From NCBI GenBank assembly GCA_043825735.1, contig JBDRRP010000105.1:1-64000 (forward strand): a stretch of DNA of 64,000 nucleotides, in the 5' to 3' direction. Both the position numbers and the translations under genes were made by a program. Origin of the DNA: Pseudomonadota bacterium (GTDB lineage: Bacteria; Desulfobacterota; Desulfobacteria; Desulfobacterales; JBDRRP01). The notes below the pieces were generated by a model, which did no database searches, was not told the origin of the DNA, and saw only the letters and a program-made list of their open reading frames with translations. Below, piece after piece: positions 1 through 10,847 of this stretch; position 1 is the stretch's first letter, and each line of letters opens with the position of its first letter.

Positions 1-312
1 CGCTCTCTGTGTCCTCTGTGGTGATTTCAGACTTTTTACATTGCCATCAACGTTCGTTTTGCGCTGTTACCGTTACTTGCCAGATTGCAATAGCGCCTGA
101 CAAGTTAGCGCATATGGGGATAAACCCCTCCCCTACGAAACCGCCAGGACTCCCGGCGGGAGAATAGTGCATAACCAGAAAAGAATATTTCTCGCGCAGA
201 GGCGCGGAGACGCAGAGAACTGCGGGAAATTGAATTGCGCGAGTGTGTTTCCCTGAGCCTGTGCGCGAGATATGAATTATAAAATCTCCGTGCCTTCCGT
301 GACTCCGTGGTT
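1..312. repeat. Composite intergenic repeat cluster (CTCTGTG/CTCCGTG units, right end TTTTTAC..CATCAA, REP-like GGGGATAAACCCCTCCCCTAC, GCGCAGAG hairpin)
   Basis: About 181-312 is a close reverse-complement match to about 28095-28232; short-unit inverted repeats are visible. Confidence 0.75.
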
Positions 313-381
313 CAGCGTCACTTTGGATAGAGACCAACCGGCGCTTTCCGAATATCCGGAAATACTTCTTTGGGATCTGCC

Positions 382-1191
382 CTAGTTTCCCTTGAATACC
401 GGGACGCGTTTTTCCATGAACGCCGCCACGGCTTCCATGAGGTCTTCGCACGGCAGCGCGGCCGCATTCTTTTGGGCGACGTAGTGCAGGCCCGCGGTCA
501 CACCGTGCGCCCGACTGTAAAGCACAACATCCTTGACCCCCTGGACGGCGAGCGGCGGATTGGCGGCAATCTCGGCTGCGAGCCCGGCGGCGGCCTCCCG
601 GAGCGCGCGCTGATCCGCAAGCACCCGGTTCACAAACCCCATGCTCAGTGCCTCGGTGGCGGTAAAATCTCTGCCGGTGTATGCCAGTTCCCGAAAGTGC
701 CCGTCTCCGATGATGTGGGGCAGCCGTTGCAGCGTCCCCAGGTCGGCAACGATGGCAATCCGGGTTTCCCGAATGCTGAAAATCGCGTCTGCCGCCGCCA
801 ACCGGATGTCGCAGGCACACACCAAATCCACCCCGCCGCCGACGCAGTGACCGTGAATGGCGGCGATGACCGGTTTGCGGCACCGTTCGATGGCGTTGAT
901 GCTCTGCTGGAGCTCCATGATTTTGCGCTGAAGACCGTCGCGACCCTTGGCCGATGAATCGGCCAGCATCGATCCGGCTTCCATGAGGTCGATCCCTGCG
1001 GTGAAGCTCTTACCCTCGGCGGCCACCACCACCACCCGGACTTCAGGATCGGCGTCGAAGCGGGCGAAATGCTCCGGCAGGCGGGTGAAAAAATCGAAAC
1101 TCATGGCGTTTCGCTTTTCCGGCCGACTCAGCGTCAGCCAGGCCACTTGGTCGGCAATCTCGACGGTAAAGGGGGGGGCATCATTCATCAT
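382..1191 (-). CDS. Enoyl-CoA hydratase/isomerase (crotonase) family protein
   Basis: Motifs FTAGIDL, KPVIAAIHGHCVGGGVDL, ADLGTLQRLP; AAGGAG RBS before ATG at 1191. Confidence 0.93.
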   Translation of the reverse strand: MMNDAPPFTVEIADQVAWLTLSRPEKRNAMSFDFFTRLPEHFARFDADPEVRVVVVAAEGKSFTAGIDLMEAGSMLADSSAKGRDGLQRKIMELQQSINAIERCRKPVIAAIHGHCVGGGVDLVCACDIRLAAADAIFSIRETRIAIVADLGTLQRLPHIIGDGHFRELAYTGRDFTATEALSMGFVNRVLADQRALREAAAGLAAEIAANPPLAVQGVKDVVLYSRAHGVTAGLHYVAQKNAAALPCEDLMEAVAAFMEKRVPVFKGN

Positions 1192-1384
1192 CGGCTCCTT
1201 TGGTCTGTCCGCTCGCGCGTCCTGGCGCAGTGGGGGTGCATGATTACCACGAAGAACACGAAGCGCGCTAAGAATCAAGAGTTGAAACGCCTTTCAGGCA
1301 ATACCGGATTGTGCTAAGGGTGGAACAATAATTTCTATCTATGCACAAAACTCAAGTAACAGTCACGGCGAGGCGTAACCCTCG

Positions 1385-1481
1385 ATGTTTTTGATCACCA
1401 CGAAGTTCACGAAGGACACGAAGGTTTTCTTCCCCACTTGTTTCCTGGTTTTTCTTCGTGCACTTCGTGGCCTTCGTGGTT
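1385..1481. repeat. CACGAAG 9-mer inverted-repeat hairpin element
   Basis: (CACGAAGNN)x3 ... (CTTCGTGNN)x3; close copy at 60282-60388. Confidence 0.85.
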
Positions 1482-1690
1482 TAAACGCAGTGTCGTGGGT
1501 AACGTCAACTTTAAAATTGTGCATAAGCAGGTAATTATATCCCCCCCCTATATTTTTTGAACCAGCACCCACGTGCGTATTCACCGTCCGCCTCGGGCGG
1601 ACTTTGGAAAGTGTTCAATCCTTTTCACCAATCGTATGGCCCGCCGACTGGAGGGCGATGACCAACCTTTTACAAGGGGAGGCACCACCT

Positions 1691-3394
1691 ATGGACGCTG
1701 CTGTATGGAAAAAGTCGTGGGACGCAGGCCTGACCGATCTCGATCCGTCCGCCTGGGAGATCAGCTATGTCGACGCCGTCAAACCGGCATTCGCCAACTA
1801 TCCGGCCAAAACCGCACTGGCTTTCATGGGCGTGGAGATATCGTTTGCCCAGCTGGATGTATACGCCAATCGCTTCGCCCAAATGCTTGTGCAAAACGGC
1901 TTCACAAAAGGGGACGTGGTCGGCATCAACCTTCCCAACATCCCCGAGTACGTCATCGCCTGGCTGGGCACCCTGAGGGCCGGCTGTGTGGTGTCCGGGG
2001 TTTCCCCGCTGCTCAGCGCCGAAGAGATGAAGCACCAGCTCAACGATTCGGGCGCCAAGGCACTGGTGACGCTGGATGCCATCTTCGCCGCGCGCCTGGC
2101 CGGTATCGCCGGCGATCTGCCAGCGCTTAAGGTGGTGGCGGCCGCCAGCGTGGGCGGCTTTCTTCCCGGCATCAAGCGGTTTCTGGGGAAATTGTTAAAG
2201 AAGATCCCATCGGGGGCCGTCACGCCGCTGCCCGGTAAAACCGTCTACCGAATCGAAGAGGTGATCAAGTCCACGGCATTTTCTTCCGATCCCCCGGACG
2301 TTTCGATCACACCGGACGACATCGCGTATATCCAGTACACCGGCGGCACGACAGGACTTCCAAAAGGTGCCATGCTCAGCCACCGCAACGCCGTGGCCGA
2401 TCTGCTCATCACCCAGGCCTGGATCGCCTGGGAATCCGGCAAGGGCCTGGCCCTGTCGGGATTTCCCTTCTTTCACATCGCCGGTCTGTTTTTCAACGCC
2501 AACTGTATTTACCTGGGCTGGACCCAGGTGCTGGTTCCCAACCCCCGCGACACCGACCATATCTGCAACGAAATCGCCAAGTACAAGCCCTCCACGCTCG
2601 TGAACGTCCCATCCCTGTTTCAGATGCTGCTGGCCAACCCCCGGTTCAAGACCCTCGACCACTCGGGCGTGCGCCAGTGCATCTGCGCGGCCGCCCCCTT
2701 TCCCGCCGAATCGCAAAAGGAATTTGAAGGCATCGTCGGCCAGGGGAAGCTGCTCGAAGTATACGGTATGACGGAAACCGCCCCCCTCACCGTGATGAAT
2801 CCTGCCATCAACAAGAAGAAACTGGGCGCCATCGGCCTGCCCATTCTCAACACGGAAATAAAGCTCGTGGACCCGGCTTCCGGCAAAGAAGTCCCCCTTG
2901 GAGATCCCGGCGAAATCTGCGTCAGGGGTCCCCAGGTCATGGTGGGCTACTATAACAAGCCCGAAGAAACCGCGGGGACCATCGATAGCGAAGGGTTTCT
3001 GCACACGGGAGATGTGGCCGTCATGGACGAGCAGGGCTACCTTCGCATTGTCGATAGAACCAAGGATATGATCATCGTGGGAGGGTTTAAAGTCTTCTCC
3101 AAGAAGGTGGAAGAGATCATGACCGGGCACCCCGGCGTAGCGATGATCGCGACCATCGGTGTGGACAACCCGGATCGGCCCGGTTCGGAAATCGTCAAAG
3201 CCTTCATCACCCGCTCGCCGTCGGCGGCCGCCGATGATGCCGAGGCCCTGAAAACCGACATCCTCGCCTACGCAAAAGAGAAGCTGGCGCCTTACGAAGT
3301 CCCCAAAATCATAGAGTTCCGGGATGAACTGCCCCTGACCACCGTGGGCAAGATCGACAAGAAGGTGCTCCGCAAGGAGGCCCGGGGACAGTAG
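1691..3394 (+). CDS. Long-chain fatty-acid--CoA ligase (AMP-binding)
   Basis: YTGGTTGLPKG, YGMTE, GFLHTGD, TVGKIDKK motifs; GGGGAGG RBS before ATG 1691. Confidence 0.93.
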   Translation: MDAAVWKKSWDAGLTDLDPSAWEISYVDAVKPAFANYPAKTALAFMGVEISFAQLDVYANRFAQMLVQNGFTKGDVVGINLPNIPEYVIAWLGTLRAGCVVSGVSPLLSAEEMKHQLNDSGAKALVTLDAIFAARLAGIAGDLPALKVVAAASVGGFLPGIKRFLGKLLKKIPSGAVTPLPGKTVYRIEEVIKSTAFSSDPPDVSITPDDIAYIQYTGGTTGLPKGAMLSHRNAVADLLITQAWIAWESGKGLALSGFPFFHIAGLFFNANCIYLGWTQVLVPNPRDTDHICNEIAKYKPSTLVNVPSLFQMLLANPRFKTLDHSGVRQCICAAAPFPAESQKEFEGIVGQGKLLEVYGMTETAPLTVMNPAINKKKLGAIGLPILNTEIKLVDPASGKEVPLGDPGEICVRGPQVMVGYYNKPEETAGTIDSEGFLHTGDVAVMDEQGYLRIVDRTKDMIIVGGFKVFSKKVEEIMTGHPGVAMIATIGVDNPDRPGSEIVKAFITRSPSAAADDAEALKTDILAYAKEKLAPYEVPKIIEFRDELPLTTVGKIDKKVLRKEARGQ

Positions 3395-3406
3395 GCCCGG
3401 TCAATG

Positions 3407-3745
3407 TTGATGAACCCGTAAAAAAGCAATTTTCTCGATAGTGTCCATCCATGGGAAGCTTCTTGCTCCCTCTCCCTTGATGGGAGAGGGCTGGGATGAG
3501 GGTGACAACCCACCGATAACAAGAGATCATCTGATACTGGCCCGCCCCCTCCCCTGGCCCCTCCCGCAAGGGGAGGGGTATTTATGGATGGACACTCGCT
3601 AAGACGCAAAGATCGCCAAGAACGGCGAACGCTGAATAGAAACCATATCGACAGCCATAGAATCAGCGTTTCGCCGTTCGTTTTTTCATTCATCATTCGA
3701 CGTTGGATGTTCGACGTTCGTTTTTCTTTGCGCGCTTTGCATCTT
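3407..3745. repeat. Nested MITE/REP-like cluster; TAGTGTCCATCC-type element (3439-3596) with REP-like hairpins inserted in a TTGATGAACCCGTAAAAA-type element
   Basis: Terminal inverted repeats AGTGTCCATCCAT / ATGGATGGACACT; inner hairpins CCCTCTCCC-TTGAT-GGGAGAGGG and CCCCTCCC-GCAAG-GGGAGGGG; ends shared with 31921 and 37486 copies. Confidence 0.75.
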
Positions 3746-3784
3746 GGCGAGAGACCCGCAGTGGATGTTTGCTTTTCCCCGCGA

Positions 3785-4825
3785 TCAAGGGATGGCGGTG
3801 ACGGCAGCCGGATCAATGCACCCCACAACGGCATCCCCCACGGCAAGTTTCAGGGCCGCAATCCGCCCTGTGGGCGCGGTGACCCGCAAGAGCACGCCGT
3901 GGGAAAGAACCCGCACATCGCTCACGCCCCCCCGGGACCAAACGGACTGGACCTTCCCCACCATCTGATTGCCGTTGACGCGATCGCCGGTGCAGGCTTT
4001 CAACTGAACCGATTCGGGTCGAAAAGCGATGCGCCCCCGATCCATGCGGGGCGCTGTCGCCAGTTGCAGCACACAATCGCCGATGTGGGCGGTTTTTCCA
4101 CTGAAGCAGGCGTCAAAAAGGTTGTGCATACCGACAAACCGCGCAACGAACGCGTTGGCAGGCCGGTTGAACACGGCTTCGACGGTATCCTGTTGCTCGA
4201 TGCGCCCGTCGCGGATGACCGCGACACGACTGGCCAGGCTGCGCGCATCATTGAAATCGTGTGTCACCATCAGAATCGTGATACCCGTTTCATAATGAAG
4301 CTGCCGTAACACATCCCTGATATCCTCTCTGAAATTGGGATCCAGTGCGGACAGCGGCTCGTCGAGCAGCAGAACGGACGGCGAGACCGCCAGCGCGCGC
4401 GCCAGTGCCACGCGCTGCTTTTCACCGCCGCTCAAATGACCGATCCCCCGGTCCAGCAACGGCCCCAGCTCCAGCGCGTCGACGGTCTCGTCGAACCGGT
4501 CGGCGGCGGCCGGGCCGGCCTCCGGATGGTAGCGCAGCCCGAAAGTGATGTTGTCTTTCACTGTCAGATGGGGGAACAGGGCCGTGTCCTGGTAGACGAT
4601 GCCGATGCCCCGTTTTTCGGGCGACATCGCCGTGACGTCGCGGCCGTGAATGACGATCCTGCCCCGGGTCATGGGCACCAGCCCGGCTATCGATTCCAGC
4701 AGCAGTGTTTTTCCCGACCCCGTGGGCCCCAGCAGCGCGAAACACTCACCGGTGTCCACGACTAGGGTGATATCCTCAAGCGAAAACCGTGGAAATCGCA
4801 CCGTCAGGCCTTGGACATGGATCAT
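3785..4825 (-). CDS. wtpC: Tungstate/molybdate ABC transporter ATP-binding subunit with C-terminal TOBE-like domain
   Basis: GPTGSGKT, LSGGEKQR, LLLDEP, VTHD; ATGA overlap with permease. Confidence 0.85.
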   Translation of the reverse strand: MIHVQGLTVRFPRFSLEDITLVVDTGECFALLGPTGSGKTLLLESIAGLVPMTRGRIVIHGRDVTAMSPEKRGIGIVYQDTALFPHLTVKDNITFGLRYHPEAGPAAADRFDETVDALELGPLLDRGIGHLSGGEKQRVALARALAVSPSVLLLDEPLSALDPNFREDIRDVLRQLHYETGITILMVTHDFNDARSLASRVAVIRDGRIEQQDTVEAVFNRPANAFVARFVGMHNLFDACFSGKTAHIGDCVLQLATAPRMDRGRIAFRPESVQLKACTGDRVNGNQMVGKVQSVWSRGGVSDVRVLSHGVLLRVTAPTGRIAALKLAVGDAVVGCIDPAAVTAIP

Positions 4826-5631
4826 GCCGGCACCGCCTTCCGCGGCCGGGCGAACACCCTTAAAAGCAAAAACAGCAGCAGGCAAACCAGAATAAGCCAC
4901 ACCGCCACCGGCTGCGAATACTTCAAGCCATAGGCGGTGAAGCGTTCGTATATCATCACCGGGGCCACCATGGGGTGGTAGGCGACGATGACGATGGCGC
5001 CGAACTCACTGATGGCCCGCGCCATGCACATGATCACCCCTACGACCATGCTGCGCCAGGTCAACGGGAACGTGACCCGCCAGAAAGTGCCTGCAGGCGT
5101 GGCGCCCAGACTGCGCGCCACTTTCTCCATCCGCTCCGGAACCGCCTCGAATCCCGTCTTCACGGTATTGATAAAAAAAGGCAGCCCGACAAATACCATT
5201 ACCGCCACGATGCCGGTGGTGGTGCCCATGATGCGCACCCCCACATCCGCCAGGATGCGGCCCAGCCAGTGGTTGCGCCCGGCGATGCTGAGCAATGCGA
5301 TGCCGATCACCGGATGGGGAATCATAATGGGCAGGTCCACCACGCTTTCCACCAGTTTTTTCCCCGGAAATTCACGACGCGCCAGAAAATAGGCAAACGG
5401 GGTGCCCACCACCAGAGCGATCATCCCGGCGGCCATGGCGGCGCCCAGGCTCAATCCGATGGCACGCAACACGTCGCGGTCCATCGCGGCCTCGGCCATG
5501 TCGGCCATCGATGGCTGCGCCATCATCTCCGCCAGCGGCAGCAGGATGAATCCGAGGATCAGTATGCTGCAGGCCGCGGCCAGGCCCATGAAAGGATCGG
5601 GCCGTCTGCCGGCGCCATGAACCGTTGCCAT
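4822..5631 (-). CDS. wtpB: Tungstate/molybdate ABC transporter permease
   Basis: VDLPIMIPHPVIG, EKVARSLGA loop, ARAISEFGA; between binding protein and ATPase. Confidence 0.87.
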   Translation of the reverse strand: MATVHGAGRRPDPFMGLAAACSILILGFILLPLAEMMAQPSMADMAEAAMDRDVLRAIGLSLGAAMAAGMIALVVGTPFAYFLARREFPGKKLVESVVDLPIMIPHPVIGIALLSIAGRNHWLGRILADVGVRIMGTTTGIVAVMVFVGLPFFINTVKTGFEAVPERMEKVARSLGATPAGTFWRVTFPLTWRSMVVGVIMCMARAISEFGAIVIVAYHPMVAPVMIYERFTAYGLKYSQPVAVWLILVCLLLFLLLRVFARPRKAVPA

Positions 5632-5634
5632 GGG

Positions 5635-6609
5635 CTACGGGCTCACGGAGACCAGGGGCCGGAGCGGGCCGGGCAGTGTCTGCTTCATCTTCTCATCCGG
5701 CACCCGGCAGGGGACAAACGGCGGCTGGCCCATTTCCTTGAGCACCTGCAGCCCGCCGTCGGCAGAGAGCATGTATTCCAGAAACAGCACCGCGCCGCCG
5801 GGGTTCGGCGCACTGTTGACCATGGTGACGCCGTAAGTCACCGAGTTGCCGGTGCGGGTCACCCAGGTACCGGGCTTCGGGCCGCTCACGCGGACCTCGG
5901 CCTGCTGATAAAAGCGCTCGTAGGCGTAGTTGCCCAGATTGATGTGATCATCGAGCGTTAGGTACCTGAGATCGTGCTGAACCGCCACCGACAGATACTC
6001 CCACGCATAATCCATATTGCCGGTCTTGAGCATTGACACCAGCTCTACCGACTTGGGCCGCACATTGGCTTCTGGCCGGTTGGCGATAAGTCGGTCGTAA
6101 AGCCCCGGTTTGGCGTAAAATTTCTCTGCCAGTTGGAGCGCCATGAGGCTGCGATAGCCGCAGGGGTCCAGATTGGGGTCTGAATGCCCCCACACCACCC
6201 CTTTTCGCGCCAGAATGTCATACCAGTTGCCGGCCGTCACCTCAGCGGCGAACCGGCTCTGGTCCGTATAACAGAGCACCAGCTGGTTGGTGGCAAAACG
6301 GATGTTCCAGTCGGCGTGATCGGGAATCAGGGTCTTGTCGATCACCTGGTAGTCCGCAGACGCCATGATGTCTGCCGGTTTTCCAAGCTCGGAAATCATG
6401 CGGGCCATTTTGGTGCTGCCGCCCGCCTCCCGGAGGATGTCGATGTCCGGATGACGCGCCTCGAACGCCGCCTCCATTTTGGCCAGCGGCACGGTCAGAC
6501 TGCCGGCGTGGAAAATGATGACCTGTTCCTTGGCCGCCGCCGGCCCTGCAACAGCGATCACCACAAATATGGCCGTCACCGTAATCGCACGAACGCAGAA
6601 TCTGCCCAT
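5635..6609 (-). CDS. wtpA: Tungstate ABC transporter substrate-binding protein, WtpA type
   Basis: Signal peptide; [39 protein letters not shown] motifs; GAGGAGG RBS. Confidence 0.88.
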   Translation of the reverse strand: MGRFCVRAITVTAIFVVIAVAGPAAAKEQVIIFHAGSLTVPLAKMEAAFEARHPDIDILREAGGSTKMARMISELGKPADIMASADYQVIDKTLIPDHADWNIRFATNQLVLCYTDQSRFAAEVTAGNWYDILARKGVVWGHSDPNLDPCGYRSLMALQLAEKFYAKPGLYDRLIANRPEANVRPKSVELVSMLKTGNMDYAWEYLSVAVQHDLRYLTLDDHINLGNYAYERFYQQAEVRVSGPKPGTWVTRTGNSVTYGVTMVNSAPNPGGAVLFLEYMLSADGGLQVLKEMGQPPFVPCRVPDEKMKQTLPGPLRPLVSVSP

Positions 6610-7124
6610 AGCCTCCTCCTCGTTGCCGTTGTTGATACCCGTGTAGATGGCTCGCCCCGGGGCCTTTACACGAAGCCACCACCATGGCGACCCTCGAACG
6701 AAGAAACAGTTTATGAGCGTCGAAACAACACAGGTCAAACATTTTTTATGAGCATATGCCAATATTACCAAGAAGCTACCGATAACGACTCAATATGACA
6801 CAGAAGGAACGCATCGACGGCGTGATGGCGTTAATTGGTGTCGGTATCGGCCACTATTAGAAATTATCGGTAATGTCTATTTATGGATGCGGATTTTTGT
6901 CAATGTTCAAGGCGGGTGTGAAATCCGGGCCACTGGTCCGCCACCGGCGGATTGAGACCTGTCAGCCCCTGACGGGATTCAAATCGCGTGAAAGCGAATG
7001 CGACTGCCACCGAAAGCCGGTCAGGCGGCAGTTCATGCCTCAGCCAGATCGAAGGCCTGGGGGGCGGGCCGGGCCGTGGTCGCCTTCGGTGGCGTGGACC
7101 TCGGGGCGGGTTTTGAAATGGCGT

Positions 7125-7316
7125 TTAATACATGAAAAGGCTAACCAGTGTCAGAATCCCCATGAAGCCGAAGAGCAGCATCGGATTTTTCTTCACCAGA
7201 GCGTCCAACCACCCCTTGCCATCATCACGCTGGTGGCCGATGGAGACCACATAGACATAGGTAAATACCGTTCCGCCGATCCATGCCACGATTCTTGCCA
7301 CGCTGGTTAGTTCCAT
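7125..7316 (-). CDS. Small hypothetical membrane protein (63 aa, two hydrophobic segments)
   Basis: GAGG RBS; co-oriented just downstream of isf. Confidence 0.55.
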   Translation of the reverse strand: MELTSVARIVAWIGGTVFTYVYVVSIGHQRDDGKGWLDALVKKNPMLLFGFMGILTLVSLFMY

Positions 7317-7374
7317 GAAACCTCTGCATGATTGTTAGGGGTGCGATGCCTTCGATTACGGTGCGCCGCCCGGA

Positions 7375-7950
7375 TCAGGCGGCCAGTTTTTTCAGCAGCC
7401 ACGCCATGTTGCGACCCAGCGTTTCCATGATCTGAAGTCCCTCCGCATCACCGGACACCTCCCCTTTTTCGAGGCCGAACCCCATGTTCCAGTAGCTGGC
7501 GCCGGGGATGATCATCTGTGATATGGTGAAAAAGTGGTTGATACCGTCAAAGGTGTGCACGGCGCCGGCACGGCGCACCGCCACCACGGCAGCGCCGACT
7601 TTTCGCCGGAACATATCCTCGTTGGCCTTGGCCACCAGACCGGCCCGGTCAATGAGCGCCTTGATCTCCGGACTCATGTTGGCAAAGTAGGTCGGCGAGC
7701 CCAGGATGATGCCGTCGGCGGAGAGCATCTTTTCGATGCAGGTGTTGAGGATGTCGTTGTCCACGGCGCATCGGCGGTCCTTGTTTTCGAAGCACTTGTA
7801 GCAGGCGATGCAGCCGTGAATATTCTTAGCGCCCACCTGAACCAGTTCGGTATCGATCCCTTCGGCGGCGAGGATGGCAAGGACATGCCTGAGAAGCACC
7901 TGAGTGTTGCCGTCACGCCGGGGGCTGCCGTTAAAAGCGACTACGTTCAT
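7375..7950 (-). CDS. Iron-sulfur flavoprotein (Isf) / multimeric flavodoxin
   Basis: NGSPRRDGNT, CIACYKC...C cluster motif, LGSPTYF. Confidence 0.92.
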   Translation of the reverse strand: MNVVAFNGSPRRDGNTQVLLRHVLAILAAEGIDTELVQVGAKNIHGCIACYKCFENKDRRCAVDNDILNTCIEKMLSADGIILGSPTYFANMSPEIKALIDRAGLVAKANEDMFRRKVGAAVVAVRRAGAVHTFDGINHFFTISQMIIPGASYWNMGFGLEKGEVSGDAEGLQIMETLGRNMAWLLKKLAA

Positions 7951-8076
7951 GGATAAACCTCCTCTGTGTCAGAATACGCACGGAACGCTCGACGAGCGCC
8001 GGCAGGTGCGCCAGTATAAAGCAAATGCGCCGGTTGGGCAAACCCCCCGTGAACACCGCGCGCCGATGGCGGCACG

Positions 8077-8703
8077 TCAGTGGGCTCCGGCATCGCCTGC
8101 GGCAGCCGGTGCCGCCACGATCAAATGGCGAAACTGCTCGTCCAGATCGGTCACGGTGCGCGTCAGGTCGGCAGTCAGCAACGCCACTGCCGCCGCTCCG
8201 TCGGAGGCCTCGGCCGCCGCCGTTATCTGCCGGGCGGCACTCAGCGCAGCCTCGGCGGCTGTCTGCGCCCGGCCGATGATGCCCGACACCTGATCCATCA
8301 TGGCGTTGAACTGATCGGCCTCCTGCATCAGCTCGTCTCCGGTGCGAAGATGTACCCGGCGGGTCAATTCACCCGCAGCCACCCCCGCGAAGGCCCAGCG
8401 AAACCGGTACAAGGGGCCGATAAACCGGGTGAACACGCGAAACGAGTGCAGTCCGATGAGACAGACGATGGCCAGCACCGTTGGCCACAGGCGGGCGTGC
8501 AACGAGAGAAGGCGATCCGCCGCGGCGGCGCGCAGGGTGATGCTGGCGGCGTCATCCTGCATGACCAAAATATCCGGCACAAAGAGGCCGACAAAGAGCA
8601 CCGCGCAGATGGAGCAGGTGTAGATCATTATCAGCAGGAGCATTCGGTACTGGCGGCTTCGCGAAACGATGGGGTACTGACGCCGTTTGAATGAAGGCTT
8701 CAT
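8077..8703 (-). CDS. Small two-TM HAMP-domain membrane protein with short coiled-coil tail
   Basis: KRRQY N-terminus, 2 TM segments, GPLYRF...RTGDEL...FNAMM HAMP pattern; ATGA overlap with upstream kinase. Confidence 0.75.
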   Translation of the reverse strand: MKPSFKRRQYPIVSRSRQYRMLLLIMIYTCSICAVLFVGLFVPDILVMQDDAASITLRAAAADRLLSLHARLWPTVLAIVCLIGLHSFRVFTRFIGPLYRFRWAFAGVAAGELTRRVHLRTGDELMQEADQFNAMMDQVSGIIGRAQTAAEAALSAARQITAAAEASDGAAAVALLTADLTRTVTDLDEQFRHLIVAAPAAAGDAGAH

Positions 8704-10370
8704 CCCGCGCCCCTTTCTTCTTCCTGGCTGAAAGCAATCCGGATCGTGGTCCCCGCGCCCTGCACGGAGTCCAGGGTGATGCCGGCGCCATGCTGATGAA
8801 CGATGGCCTCGACGATGGCCATGCCAAGGCCGGTTCCCTTTTCCGCCGACTTGGTGGTGAAAAACGGGTCGAATATCTTGTCCCGGATCTCTTCGGGAAT
8901 GCCGCCGGCATTATCGGACACGGCCAGGACCACGCGGCCCTCCGCGAGGCGGGTGCTGATCTCCACCAGCGGCGCGGCGGGCGATTTTTCTTCCAGCGCG
9001 TCCAGGGCGTTGATCATCAGATTGCTGAGCACCTGCTGCAGGCCGCGCCGGTCGGCAAGAATCGACGGCAGTGCCGGCGCCAGTTTCAACCGGCATTCGA
9101 TCTTGCATTTGCGAAAGCGGATGGCCAGCAGCCGATACACTTCCTCGATGATCTCGTTGAGATCAACGGGCTGCATGTCCACCGGTGTATCTTGACTGAA
9201 CGTGCGAAAGCGGTTCAGGGAGGTATCCAGATCCTCGACGGCCTTGAGCACGGTTTGAAGGGATTCGCTGTTGCGCGGGTCGGGGGTATCCATGAGCACC
9301 AGTTGCACCAGTCCATAAACGGCCGACAGCGGCTGCTTGACCTCGTGGATGATGCCCGAGGCCATCTGCCCCATGGTTCCCATGCGGGCGGCACGGATCA
9401 GCAGGGCCTGGCTGTCCTTGAGCCGCCGGCTCATGTCGTTGAAGGAGTGGCCCAGGTCCTCGAATTCATCACCGCTGGTGATGTCCACCGCATAGCCGAA
9501 CTCTCCGTCGGCAATGTGCCGGGTGCCCTCCTGGAGGGTTTCAATGGGGCCGGTGCTGCGCCGGATCAGATACTGGCCCAGCATGAACACCAGGCCCAGA
9601 GAAAAGACGATCAGGGCCGGGAACGTCAGTTTGAACTTAGACATCGGTTCCAGCACCTGGGAGGCCGGTGTAATGATCACCACCTTCCAGGATGGGCTGC
9701 CGACAAAGAGCGCTTCGAGGAAAAGGACGGCATACCCGGCGTAATACCGGCCGTCGCCCCCCCCCCAATCCATCGTTCCATTTTGCGGCCACCCTTTATC
9801 GGCGACCAGCGCCCGGATATCGGCAGCATGGGCATCTGCGGTGGCATAGAGCACCGAACCGGTGGCCTGCATGACGATCACCTCGCTGACCTGAGAGATG
9901 CGCTCCGTGGCTTCCCACACGTAAGCGGTGTTTAACCGGGCAACCAGTTGCTTACCGGCCTTTTCCCTCCGATAACGCATCACGAACTGTGGTCCGGCGG
10001 CTTCCTGCCGAATCTCCAGAGAAAACGATCCGGCGGGTGCGGCAGTGACCGGATCTTCCCACTGCAAGGCTGTGAAGTGCCTGGATATGCGCTCGCTCAT
10101 GTGCGGTGCCTGATCACCGCCGGCGCTGATGGTCGACAGGGTGATCATCTCGTTTTGCAGCAGTTGAAAACGATCATAAATCGACAGCATCACGGCCCGG
10201 CTCTCCTGGCGTAGTCTTTGAAAATGCTGCCTTTCCAGATTACGGTTCACCTGCAGGTAGGAAACGGTGCCAAGCACGCTGACCGGCACGATGGCGCACA
10301 CGATGAACAGTAAAAACACCCGCCGGGCCACGCGGGTCTTGAAGGATTTGAATTCGAAGCGCAAACTCAC
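8700..10370 (-). CDS. Membrane sensor histidine kinase (periplasmic domain, HAMP, HisKA, HATPase)
   Basis: HEVKQPL H-box, NLMINA N-box, [20 protein letters not shown]. Confidence 0.93.
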   Translation of the reverse strand: MSLRFEFKSFKTRVARRVFLLFIVCAIVPVSVLGTVSYLQVNRNLERQHFQRLRQESRAVMLSIYDRFQLLQNEMITLSTISAGGDQAPHMSERISRHFTALQWEDPVTAAPAGSFSLEIRQEAAGPQFVMRYRREKAGKQLVARLNTAYVWEATERISQVSEVIVMQATGSVLYATADAHAADIRALVADKGWPQNGTMDWGGGDGRYYAGYAVLFLEALFVGSPSWKVVIITPASQVLEPMSKFKLTFPALIVFSLGLVFMLGQYLIRRSTGPIETLQEGTRHIADGEFGYAVDITSGDEFEDLGHSFNDMSRRLKDSQALLIRAARMGTMGQMASGIIHEVKQPLSAVYGLVQLVLMDTPDPRNSESLQTVLKAVEDLDTSLNRFRTFSQDTPVDMQPVDLNEIIEEVYRLLAIRFRKCKIECRLKLAPALPSILADRRGLQQVLSNLMINALDALEEKSPAAPLVEISTRLAEGRVVLAVSDNAGGIPEEIRDKIFDPFFTTKSAEKGTGLGMAIVEAIVHQHGAGITLDSVQGAGTTIRIAFSQEEERGAG

Positions 10371-10396
10371 AGTGTGACGCCTCCAGTTTTCTCAGC

Positions 10397-10771
10397 TTAC
10401 TTCATGGGGGCATGGCCCCAGACGACCTGCGGCTGATTCTTGAAGCGAAGGTGGTCGCCGTCCGACCCGGTTTCCAGGTAAAATGACATGGTATACGCCG
10501 GCTCCCCACCTTCCGTCATATGAAGCTGGAGCAGGTGCCCACGGCCGTCTTTGGTGTAATCGATGTCTGAAATGGCGGTGGTCTTGATGGTGCCGTCATC
10601 GGCTTGAAACACCATGCGGTCCCTTGCAATCGTCATTTCGCAGCCTTCATAACTGGGATGGTTGGAAACCCATATCCCCACCAGCCGGGCCTTGTAGGCC
10701 TCCCCGCCGTCGCCCCTGCCACAGCCTGCCGCAACAATGAAACACAGTGTTATGAGGAATCGTCTCATCAT
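10397..10771 (-). CDS. Hypothetical lipoprotein
   Basis: MMRRFLITLCFIVAAG-C lipobox; LVGIW followed by a beta-rich sequence. Confidence 0.7.
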   Translation of the reverse strand: MMRRFLITLCFIVAAGCGRGDGGEAYKARLVGIWVSNHPSYEGCEMTIARDRMVFQADDGTIKTTAISDIDYTKDGRGHLLQLHMTEGGEPAYTMSFYLETGSDGDHLRFKNQPQVVWGHAPMK

Positions 10772-10847
10772 AAGCCTTCTCCCCGTTCAAGGAAAACCGG
10801 CGCTGTCGGTACCATGGCCCGACCGTGCTTTCCCGGTGCCGCGGCAA

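Noticed and set aside
1385..1481. Short repeats as a CRISPR array (also 16747, 19660, 21575, 28090, 60282)
   Set aside because: Units are 6-9 bp, arranged as inverted clusters without unique spacers, and there are no cas genes
6873..7310. 145-aa ORF or ncRNA upstream of wtpA
   Set aside because: No RBS or motif, overlaps a better-supported small gene, and no recognisable RNA family
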